A stretch of 64,000 bases of DNA from a phage. The stretch is taken from the sequence record PZ179883.1; one strand, written 5' to 3'. The notes beneath the pieces are model-generated. The model was not told the DNA's origin and did no database searches. It saw only the letters and a program-made list of their open reading frames with translations. The translations under genes were made by a program, and so were the position numbers. Of the stretch, positions 29,600 to 37,455 are shown one piece after another (position 1 is the first letter of the stretch; each line of letters opens with the position of its first letter).

Positions 29600-29765
29600 T
29601 TTTACTCTTCTTTTTCTTTAGATTCCTCTTTTTCTTTTTAGGAATCTGTTCAGGACCTTTATTTACTACAGCACCTGATGTTGTTCCAGTAGAGATATTT
29701 TCAGGATTACCACCTGAATCTCCAGCAACCATATCTTCTTTAATAAATTCTTTATATGTTTTCAT
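29577..29765 (-). CDS. Hypothetical lysine-rich protein (62 aa), 61.1 position
   Basis: ORF overlapping the gene 61 start by 23 nt. Confidence 0.45.
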   Translation of the reverse strand: MKTYKEFIKEDMVAGDSGGNPENISTGTTSGAVVNKGPEQIPKKKKRNLKKKKSKNVINTLD

Positions 29766-29766
29766 A

Positions 29767-30123
29767 TTAACCTCTATTCATAAAAGCATTAAAAATTTGG
29801 TCATCAATAGATGGAATAGCAACCTTTTCGGCATCATTTAGCAAATCATTAATTTCATCAGATAGCATAACACATGTGCCTTTATTTCCTGTAATTGTTA
29901 CTGCACAATTACGAACGTTTTCTTTATCAAATTTTAGGTTAATATTTTCGTAGTGAAAATCCTTTAATGCCGAGTATATCTTTAAAATGAAATTGTCTTT
30001 TACTACAATAAACCCAACTTCACTATTAAAACGTGGTTCATGGAAACTGTAATAAACCTTTTCATCTATGAAATCGTATGAAATTTTTTCCATTTTTAAA
30101 TATGAAAATTCAGAACTATACAT
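29767..30123 (-). CDS. Hypothetical protein (118 aa), 61.2 position
   Basis: ORF. Confidence 0.55.
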   Translation of the reverse strand: MYSSEFSYLKMEKISYDFIDEKVYYSFHEPRFNSEVGFIVVKDNFILKIYSALKDFHYENINLKFDKENVRNCAVTITGNKGTCVMLSDEINDLLNDAEKVAIPSIDDQIFNAFMNRG

Positions 30124-30135
30124 ATTAACCTCTAA

Positions 30136-30429
30136 TTACTCACCTACCACTTCAGCGATGATATTTTTATTATTAAAGTTTTTATCGCAATACAGAACAT
30201 AATTATACTGCATTACACCACCAGACTTAAGCTGTTTTTGCACTTCAGCTTTCATTTCGGGGCGATCGCGCTCAACGATATTCATAATATCTGCTTCAAT
30301 TTGAGTTTCAACTTCAGTCTGATCTGCGGTCATAGACCATTCACATAAATCTTTATCATATCCTGCCATAGCAGGCTGAGCAGCACAAGAAGACAAAGTA
30401 AAAATTGTAGCAAAAATAAATTTTTTCAT
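30136..30429 (-). CDS. sp: Spackle periplasmic protein Sp (97 aa)
   Basis: Signal peptide MKKFIFATIFTLSSCAAQPAMA; 97 aa; position 61.3 as in T4. Confidence 0.75.
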   Translation of the reverse strand: MKKFIFATIFTLSSCAAQPAMAGYDKDLCEWSMTADQTEVETQIEADIMNIVERDRPEMKAEVQKQLKSGGVMQYNYVLYCDKNFNNKNIIAEVVGE

Positions 30430-30454
30430 GATAATCTCCTCAGTAGTTTATGTT

Positions 30455-30490
30455 TATATAGTATCTCAATTTCCAACAAAAGTAAACAGC
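30455..30490 (-). promoter_or_regulatory. T4-type early promoter upstream of sp
   Basis: GTTTAC (rc 30482-30487) and a TACTAT -10 region. Confidence 0.5.
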
Positions 30491-30747
30491 TATTTTAAAA
30501 CTTCTGCATAATCACATGTTACAAACTGTTTCTCTAACTTGACGATTTTACGAAAATACCTTTTACACTGACGAATCTGCCTCTTCGTAGGACGTACAGC
30601 AAACTTAATAAATTCCACTCGACCAAATGGAGGACTTTCTTCTGCTGGAATATCTAGCACCAATTCCCACGTATCTGCAATAAGTGCTTTGAATTGAGTA
30701 TTTTTCCTGACGTTATACGGAGTAGGTTTAAATAAAACAATATGCAT
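30490..30747 (-). CDS. Hypothetical protein (85 aa), 61.4 position
   Basis: ORF. Confidence 0.5.
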   Translation of the reverse strand: MHIVLFKPTPYNVRKNTQFKALIADTWELVLDIPAEESPPFGRVEFIKFAVRPTKRQIRQCKRYFRKIVKLEKQFVTCDYAEVLK

Positions 30748-30748
30748 A

Positions 30749-30931
30749 TTATCCTCGGCAATCTACTTCACATACTTTCTTGTCATCAATGAAAGCTTTA
30801 ACTAATGCTTTATTAACTTCAGCATATTGAGTAGTAGCCCATTGAACGTCATCTTTCATCATTGTGGTTTCTTTAGTAAACATGCTTTCATTCTTAAACC
30901 ACCCCATAAAAACTACCTTTACCAATTCCAT
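30749..30931 (-). CDS. dmd: Dmd, antitoxin against host RnlA/LsoA (60 aa)
   Basis: Translation MELVKVVFMGWFKNESMFTKE… matches recalled T4 Dmd (61.5); directly downstream of gene 41. Confidence 0.85.
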   Translation of the reverse strand: MELVKVVFMGWFKNESMFTKETTMMKDDVQWATTQYAEVNKALVKAFIDDKKVCEVDCRG

Positions 30932-30957
30932 AACAATCTCCTCATTTAACCAACAAG

Positions 30958-30992
30958 ACTACTATACCATAGTCTTGTCAGCTTGTAAACTA
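30958..30992 (-). promoter_or_regulatory. T4-type early promoter upstream of dmd
   Basis: GTTTAC (rc 30985-30990) and TGGTATAGT. Confidence 0.55.
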
Positions 30993-32417
30993 AAATTTTA
31001 ATTCATTTGCCAAAGCATCTAACTGAGCTCGAGTGGATTCATTTCTTTGATAGCGATTCTGCTCAGCTTGTATCTGTTGTGAACCTGCTACCTCACTCAC
31101 TTCAGTTGGAGTAGAATCTTGTTCAATTTCTACCCATTTCTGATTTCCTTTTTGAACACCCATCAAAAACTTATTCCATTTATTCTTATCACCATATCGT
31201 GATTTGATTTGCTTAATAAGTTGTTGTTCAGCAGCTGCTAACTCCTCGGTTTCAATGACCGCAAGCATAAAATCAGCTGTTGCTGGAAGACCGGCAGATT
31301 CTGCAATATCGCTCATGTTAACATCAGAAGAATCCCAAGCTTGTTTACCAACCTGTGCTGCAGTCCAAAGAACAGTTTCGGTTTCAACAGCAAGAGCACG
31401 TAATTCCTCTGCAATGGCTTTAACAGTTGTGTAACTATTTTCTGAGTAAACTCTAATGCGGCAAGATTTACAAATACCCAGATAGTCGACAATAATGATT
31501 GTTGGAACAAAATTCTTCTTGAGCTTTAATTCGTTTAAAAGCGATCGAAATGTATTAGCATCTGCTCCACCAGTAGGATACTGTTTAACTATTAAACGAC
31601 CGAGAGTAGATTTCTCGCGCCATTTTTCCATTTTTCCTTTATACTCAGCGTAAGAAATATGCCCGTCATCAATGTCATCAAGAGAAACATCAAGCATATT
31701 AGCATCAATACGCTTAGCACAGACTTCTTCTGCCATTTCCATGGAAATGTAAAGAACGTTATGACCAAGCTGTAAATAATCTGCTGCTAATGAACAAAGT
31801 CCTAATGATTTACCAACGTTAACACCAGCCATTAAAACGTTCAGTGTTCCAGTTTCAGCTCCGCCTTTAGTAATTTTATTTAGAATTTTGAGTTTAAATG
31901 GAACCTTACGGGCTTTATTCATATAAGATAGCCAACGTGCTTCATAGTCATCCATCCAATCATGACCAACGTAACTATCAAATGAAATTGATAATGCTTG
32001 GCGCATGATGTCAGGAATAGCACCTACATCTGGCATTTTCTTATTTCGTTTTTCCGGAGGAAGCTCAGCATTAGTTTGAATTTCGATTATTTTAGACGTA
32101 GCATTAAACATCGCCCTTTGCTGAACATATTTTTCTGTTTCTTTTACTAACCAACTGTGGTCTTCTGGAGAATCGGCTAGTTTTGAAATAAGTGTTTTTA
32201 CACCAGAATATTCTGTTTCAGTAAATGAACTATTTTCTAATGCAACATTTAACGCATTAATAGATGGAACGCTATGGTACTCATTAACATGAGATTTGAT
32301 TAATTTGAATGTATTTTTAGCTGGACCACTTTCAAAATATTCTGAATCCATATATGGCCAAACTTTTGAAAAATAAGCTTGATCAAATATGAGATGAGAA
32401 AGAATAATTTCTACCAC
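30990..32417 (-). CDS. 41: Replicative DNA helicase gp41 (DnaB family), 475 aa
   Basis: Translation MVEIILSHLIFDQAYF…; Walker A GVNVGKS; 475 aa. Confidence 0.95.
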   Translation of the reverse strand: MVEIILSHLIFDQAYFSKVWPYMDSEYFESGPAKNTFKLIKSHVNEYHSVPSINALNVALENSSFTETEYSGVKTLISKLADSPEDHSWLVKETEKYVQQRAMFNATSKIIEIQTNAELPPEKRNKKMPDVGAIPDIMRQALSISFDSYVGHDWMDDYEARWLSYMNKARKVPFKLKILNKITKGGAETGTLNVLMAGVNVGKSLGLCSLAADYLQLGHNVLYISMEMAEEVCAKRIDANMLDVSLDDIDDGHISYAEYKGKMEKWREKSTLGRLIVKQYPTGGADANTFRSLLNELKLKKNFVPTIIIVDYLGICKSCRIRVYSENSYTTVKAIAEELRALAVETETVLWTAAQVGKQAWDSSDVNMSDIAESAGLPATADFMLAVIETEELAAAEQQLIKQIKSRYGDKNKWNKFLMGVQKGNQKWVEIEQDSTPTEVSEVAGSQQIQAEQNRYQRNESTRAQLDALANELKF

Positions 32418-32426
32418 ACTTACTCC

Positions 32427-32789
32427 TTAAAAGAATTTAAATTTTTTCTTTGACCTTTTATTAAATGCATCTTGTAGTTGCATTGTAATACATTTTTCTA
32501 CATGAGGAGCTAACTCAGCTTTTCTTTCTTGGTCAAGAACAGCAAAGTCCATTACGACTTTTCCATCAACCCAATCTAATTTTGTCACATACACAATGTG
32601 TGTAGAACCATCTTCTAGTTTAATGACAATCTCCTGGATAACATTTTCCATGGCAGATTTAATTATCTTAAGAGATTCATTAAAAAGACGTTCTTTTCTT
32701 TCTTCTTCCCCCTCCGAAGAGGGGGATTCGTCAATAATTTCTAGATCTAAATCTAAATCATCTTTATTCATTAAATTCTTCCATATCAC
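32427..32789 (-). CDS. 40: gp40 head-assembly membrane protein (120 aa)
   Basis: Position between uvsX and 41 as in T4; start overlaps uvsX 3' end. Confidence 0.7.
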   Translation of the reverse strand: MIWKNLMNKDDLDLDLEIIDESPSSEGEEERKERLFNESLKIIKSAMENVIQEIVIKLEDGSTHIVYVTKLDWVDGKVVMDFAVLDQERKAELAPHVEKCITMQLQDAFNKRSKKKFKFF

Positions 32790-33945
32790 TTAACTGATCT
32801 AGGTCAGTTTCTAAATCAGCAGCTGATTTACTTTTACTTTCTGGGGATTTAAATTTTTCAACCTTTGAGTTAATTAATTCATCAACTTCAGCTTCAACAA
32901 TTTCATTACTATCAATAGCGCCTAATTGATAAGCACGTTTAATAGCATCCCGGAATGGTTGATGCTTAAATAAAGGACCCCAAAATGTAGTGCAATTGGT
33001 ATCTTTTGCACGCCAAGATTTTTCTTCGCGAATCATCTCGCCGGTTTCTTCATCAAGAAATTCACGAGCATACCAGCCATTTTTAGGTTTTACTACAAAT
33101 CCTAATTCAAGGGCCATATCTAATAATCCAGAATAAGGATCGATGCCACCATCAAATTTAACATCAATAAAGAATTTACTTTTTTCTTTGACGGTACGAG
33201 ATTTTTCTACATTTAGAACAAATTGATACCCCTGAAGATCAGAACCATCTTTAATCTGACGTTTACCGATAATGAATACAGTATCAGCCGAATACATTAC
33301 GCCTGTACCACCTGTCATCACGGTTTTACTAAACATTTCAATTGTTTCAATTGTATGGTTAACCGCAACACACGGAATGTTTTTAATACTAAAATAAGGA
33401 GTAACAATACGGAATAATGACTTCAGTGATTTAGCACGAGTCATATCTGCCACAGATTTTTCATTCAAGGCATCTTCCGTTTCTTTCTTAGAAGCCATAT
33501 TACCAATTGAGTCGATGAATACAATAACTTTTTCACCGCGCTCAATAGCTTCAAGCTGATTCACCATATCAATTTTCAGCTGTTCAACTGACTGGATTGG
33601 TGTATGAATTACTCGTTCCGGGTCAACTCCCATGGATCGCAAATAAGCTGGAGTGATACCAAATTCGCTATCATAAAATAGACAAACCGCATCAGGATAT
33701 TTGTTCAAATATGCCGCAACCATAGTCAAAGACATATTTGATTTAAAGTGTTTAGAAGGACCTGCGAAAATAGTTAAACCAGACTGCATACCGCCATCAA
33801 TCGCACCGGAAATAGCGATATTAAGCATTGGGATTTTTGTACGGATTACATCCTTTTCATTAAAGAACTTAGATGTAGTCAGTTCAGCAGTCATTTTAGA
33901 AGTGGAAGCTTTAATCAAACGGGATTTTAAATCTGCAATAGACAT
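32764..33945 (-). CDS. uvsX: UvsX recombinase (RecA-like), 393 aa
   Basis: Walker A GPSKHFKS; RecA fold motifs; matches recalled T4 UvsX. Confidence 0.95.
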   Translation of the reverse strand: MSIADLKSRLIKASTSKMTAELTTSKFFNEKDVIRTKIPMLNIAISGAIDGGMQSGLTIFAGPSKHFKSNMSLTMVAAYLNKYPDAVCLFYDSEFGITPAYLRSMGVDPERVIHTPIQSVEQLKIDMVNQLEAIERGEKVIVFIDSIGNMASKKETEDALNEKSVADMTRAKSLKSLFRIVTPYFSIKNIPCVAVNHTIETIEMFSKTVMTGGTGVMYSADTVFIIGKRQIKDGSDLQGYQFVLNVEKSRTVKEKSKFFIDVKFDGGIDPYSGLLDMALELGFVVKPKNGWYAREFLDEETGEMIREEKSWRAKDTNCTTFWGPLFKHQPFRDAIKRAYQLGAIDSNEIVEAEVDELINSKVEKFKSPESKSKSAADLETDLDQLSDMEEFNE

Positions 33946-34022
33946 TCATTTTTTCCATAGGCATCATTATATTTTCCTCACTGGTTAAAGATAGAATAAT
34001 TATAACACAATAAATTTAGGCA

Positions 34023-34865
34023 TTAATCAACTGCTATTGGATGAATAGCATTAAACTTATGAAATGCTTCTGATTTTTCTTTACGCGAAACACACATGCG
34101 AAGAACCTTTAATGGCTCGTCTTCTTCACCCAACGATTTTCGTTTTTCAATATTCGATGTTTTCCAACGAGCTTGCTCTGGAAACTCTCTATTGATTTGC
34201 TCAAGCGCTCTATTATGTTTAGAATTACTACGAATTGAACTACATCCACCGGGAGCGTGTGATTTTCCAGATACAACTAGATATTTGAACAAGGCCAAAT
34301 GCGGATAACCTTGATTAATTAAATTGAGAAATGCATACATATCTTCGCATAAATCAATTTTTCCATACCCAATTTGTTCTGTCGTAAGTTTTCCGAGGTC
34401 ATACCATGTATTCGTGAATCCATATGAGTTTTCACGATAATTACCCCAAGATGAAGTAATTTTAAAAATTGGTAGACGAGCATGACCGTGATAATACCCG
34501 CAATCCATGGCATCTTCAACATATTGAATCAATTCATAGAACTGTTCACGAGTTAATTGATTAATTTTATCTACACGCCGTTTATCGTCTCTCTTTCGTA
34601 TTGAACTCATACGAATAGTAGTATCATCATCAATCATCCAGATTCGTTGACCTGCATACATATCAGTAATTGCTTTACGAGTACCAGCAATTCCATTAAC
34701 ATCATCAGGAATAGTTATAATTTTAGCTCTAGACCCATAAGCGTCATAATAAGCTTTTTCTTCGTGTTTACGTACTACAATATGAGGTTCATAATCAGTT
34801 GGAAACATATCAAGGGCAGAAACTGCCCCTACACGCTGATAACTTGGAATTACGAATTGAATCAT
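34023..34865 (-). CDS. Glycosyltransferase (280 aa), candidate T2/T6-type beta-glucosyl-HMC-alpha-glucosyltransferase
   Basis: Occupies the T4 bgt locus between uvsX and 42 but is not T4 beta-gt (351 aa); DxD-like motif IWMIDDDTTI. Confidence 0.55.
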   Translation of the reverse strand: MIQFVIPSYQRVGAVSALDMFPTDYEPHIVVRKHEEKAYYDAYGSRAKIITIPDDVNGIAGTRKAITDMYAGQRIWMIDDDTTIRMSSIRKRDDKRRVDKINQLTREQFYELIQYVEDAMDCGYYHGHARLPIFKITSSWGNYRENSYGFTNTWYDLGKLTTEQIGYGKIDLCEDMYAFLNLINQGYPHLALFKYLVVSGKSHAPGGCSSIRSNSKHNRALEQINREFPEQARWKTSNIEKRKSLGEEDEPLKVLRMCVSRKEKSEAFHKFNAIHPIAVD

Positions 34866-35503
34866 TTAAGTGCCTTACATTTGTCAAAATGGTATCTTGT
34901 CATATTTGGCCCACGTCCTTTTAGTCCGCAATGCGGACATATTTTTTCTATCAAATTATGAGGTTTTCCTTTACGATTTTTAGACATCGTTTCTTTAATT
35001 ATTTTAGCTTTTTCTACGCCAAAAATTTCTTCATAAGTTTTACCAGAATTTTCCTTGGCTCGATTTATAATTCCATATGCCTGCTCATTTTTACCATACA
35101 TTGGATTACCTTCGCCTTTCATTCTTTTAGAATGATCAGGACGCTTGATTCCACGAAAGGCATTTCCGCACTTATATCTTTCTTCTGGAGATAGTTTTTT
35201 ACCGTACATTCCATTTAATTTGCCTGGAAAACTTCCTCCCCATGCTTCATTCTTTAAATTATATGAATCCGGACAATTAGCAGCATCTAAACAAGTTAAA
35301 ATAATTTCTTCAACCTGTCTAAACATTGGTCCTTCATATAATATTTCTTTATTAAAGGATTTTATTCCATATTTCTTTTTAGCATGTTGCCAAACTACAC
35401 CCGAACCATCATAATTCGGGTTGTGACCATCATGACTTCCTATATACCACTTTTTAGTTTTAGGATGTTTATACTTATAAACATGTGGCACATTTACTTC
35501 CAT
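34862..35503 (-). CDS. GIY-YIG homing endonuclease, Seg-like (213 aa)
   Basis: N-terminal GIY-YIG motif (HVYKYKHPKTKKWYIGSHDG) and NUMOD3-like repeats (GKK…PEER, SKRMKGEGNPMYGK); ATGA overlaps with both neighbours. Confidence 0.7.
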   Translation of the reverse strand: MEVNVPHVYKYKHPKTKKWYIGSHDGHNPNYDGSGVVWQHAKKKYGIKSFNKEILYEGPMFRQVEEIILTCLDAANCPDSYNLKNEAWGGSFPGKLNGMYGKKLSPEERYKCGNAFRGIKRPDHSKRMKGEGNPMYGKNEQAYGIINRAKENSGKTYEEIFGVEKAKIIKETMSKNRKGKPHNLIEKICPHCGLKGRGPNMTRYHFDKCKALK

Positions 35504-36234
35504 TTTCCAGTATAATCCTTTTTAGCAATATGAGTCTCACCGGTGTTCCACCAATGGTCAACTAAATAAAACTGATTTTCGTACACATGAAGACTTCCAA
35601 CGTTCCATATAATAGAACCTGCTTTATATTGCCGCGATGGGTCGCCTGCATTCAAATCAGATACTAATTTATCTAGTACGTATTTTTGCCAAGCATAATC
35701 ATTACGATAGCCTGCCCAGCAATCATTGCTTCTCATGCTAACAACCGCATTGACTTTCTTATCACGAATCAGGTACTGTACTGTATTCGTACACATGAAA
35801 TCTGACATACCATCTTTATTGTAGTCAAACTGCATAGATGGACGAGTATAAATCATGATACCACGTCGAGAATCAGGATTTTGACCAAGTTCAGCTAAAC
35901 ACATATCATACTGGGCATAGTTATCTTCTGACCAGATGGCCCAACCATAATTCGAGTTAATTTCGCCTTTAGAAGATGCTACCTGCTGCCAAATCTTTGG
36001 TGTTTCACCTGGAATATCTTTAACAAACAAACTTTGAGACTTATACCATTCAAGTTCACGCTGAATGTATTCATCATTAAGAGCGCCAAAAATAAACGGT
36101 TCATCTGCTACAAATGATGCGCCAATAATTTCAATAGTTTTAACGCCAGTTTTATCAACTACGAAATCTTTTTCTTTTAATGCAAGCCCCAAATGAAGAC
36201 GGATTTCTTCAACTGTCATAGAGTCACTAATCAT
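35494..36234 (-). CDS. 42: dCMP hydroxymethylase gp42 (246 aa)
   Basis: Thymidylate-synthase-like fold motifs; 246 aa; matches recalled T4 gp42. Confidence 0.95.
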   Translation of the reverse strand: MISDSMTVEEIRLHLGLALKEKDFVVDKTGVKTIEIIGASFVADEPFIFGALNDEYIQRELEWYKSQSLFVKDIPGETPKIWQQVASSKGEINSNYGWAIWSEDNYAQYDMCLAELGQNPDSRRGIMIYTRPSMQFDYNKDGMSDFMCTNTVQYLIRDKKVNAVVSMRSNDCWAGYRNDYAWQKYVLDKLVSDLNAGDPSRQYKAGSIIWNVGSLHVYENQFYLVDHWWNTGETHIAKKDYTGKWK

Positions 36235-36387
36235 TTAAACCTCAATTGATACATTCATATTTAACTTGTAACAGTAATAAACCCCAACCTAAAATAATAG
36301 TTGGAATCATAAGAGGAACCGTTACACTATAGTATATACTTATTATAATCATCAAGATTAAAAGCAACACTGCTATAATTTTGCTTT

Positions 36388-36639
36388 TCATTCCTTCTCT
36401 CTGATGATAATTACTTGATTTGGCTGTGCAGACTTTTTAGTTTCACCAGCAATTGACCAAATAAATGTAATAAACCAACCAATGATTGACCAGTTAAACA
36501 GTAAAGATGTAAAAAAGATTCCTACTGTCGATTTTGACCCACGCATCAAGGCAATGAACCAAGGAAGCATGTATATAATAATAGCCAACACACCTGAAAC
36601 TAAAACCATAAAAATTGAACCTGCTACTAAAGTTTCCAT
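36388..36639 (-). CDS. imm: Immunity (superinfection exclusion) protein Imm (83 aa)
   Basis: 83 aa two-TM membrane protein at the T4 imm position. Confidence 0.85.
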   Translation of the reverse strand: METLVAGSIFMVLVSGVLAIIIYMLPWFIALMRGSKSTVGIFFTSLLFNWSIIGWFITFIWSIAGETKKSAQPNQVIIIREKE

Positions 36640-36646
36640 GTTTTCC

Positions 36647-37027
36647 TCACTTAGTCAAATTTTTTACGCATGAATTATAAGAATTTACTACATACTCAAT
36701 CGGAGCATTTTTACCAGTACGCCATTGATAATTATTAGCCCAATTAGCCCAAAGTTCGGCACAGTAACTTTCAATTTTTTCTTCACGTGTAATCACATCT
36801 GAATTACGATATGCTTGAGCAGATTCATCTGGACGAATAGCTTCGTCAAAATTCGCCTGCATTTGTTCTACTGTCTGTTTTGGAGCTTCTTTATAACACT
36901 TAACATTAGGATTATAAAATTTGCTTGAACAGTTTACAATTTTTCGTACATCAGACTGATTTACTACTGGTCCTTGAGCTACACAGCCAGTAAGACCCAA
37001 TGCAATAACCAAAATAGCGATTTTCAT
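36647..37027 (-). CDS. Putative lipoprotein (126 aa), imm.1 position
   Basis: Signal peptide with lipobox LTGC. Confidence 0.55.
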   Translation of the reverse strand: MKIAILVIALGLTGCVAQGPVVNQSDVRKIVNCSSKFYNPNVKCYKEAPKQTVEQMQANFDEAIRPDESAQAYRNSDVITREEKIESYCAELWANWANNYQWRTGKNAPIEYVVNSYNSCVKNLTK

Positions 37028-37037
37028 AATAATTTCC

Positions 37038-37274
37038 TCAAATACAAGTAGTAATTACTCCAGTAGTGCTTACACAGGTATTACCTAATTGAACACCCAG
37101 CGTTCCATTAGTATTCATATGAAGATTATCATCAATTTTTGTTGATACTTTACCATTCATGCGAATAACAGTATTAGATTCAATCACATTCTGAGTGTCA
37201 TTTTCAATATCAATAAATGGAACAGCTGCTAATGCAACTAAACACGCTGCTAAACAACCATAAACAATTTTCAT
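37038..37274 (-). CDS. Small secreted/membrane protein (78 aa)
   Basis: ORF-track ORF trimmed to the ATG at 37274 downstream of the promoter; signal-like MKIVYGCLAACLVALAAVPF. Confidence 0.5.
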   Translation of the reverse strand: MKIVYGCLAACLVALAAVPFIDIENDTQNVIESNTVIRMNGKVSTKIDDNLHMNTNGTLGVQLGNTCVSTTGVITTCI

Positions 37275-37305
37275 TTTATTCTCCAAATCCGTATCAGTTG
37301 ATAAT

Positions 37306-37340
37306 TGTATAGTACCACGGAAGAACAGGGATGTAAACCA
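37306..37340 (-). promoter_or_regulatory. T4-type early promoter
   Basis: GTTTAC (rc 37333-37338) and TGGTACTAT; about 70-bp near-identical copy of the element at 9063-9130. Confidence 0.6.
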
Positions 37341-37420
37341 TTTTGTGAAAAAATTTTTAATGAATTCCAGAGGTCCAGAATCATCTATTTTTCCTAAGTA
37401 TAGATTTATATTACTTGTAT

Positions 37421-37442
37421 GAAAAAGGGACCCGGAGGTCCC
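37421..37442 (-). terminator. Rho-independent terminator downstream of gene 43
   Basis: GGGACC-CGGA-GGTCCC followed by U5 on - strand. Confidence 0.6.
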
Positions 37443-37455
37443 TAGATTTATTCTA

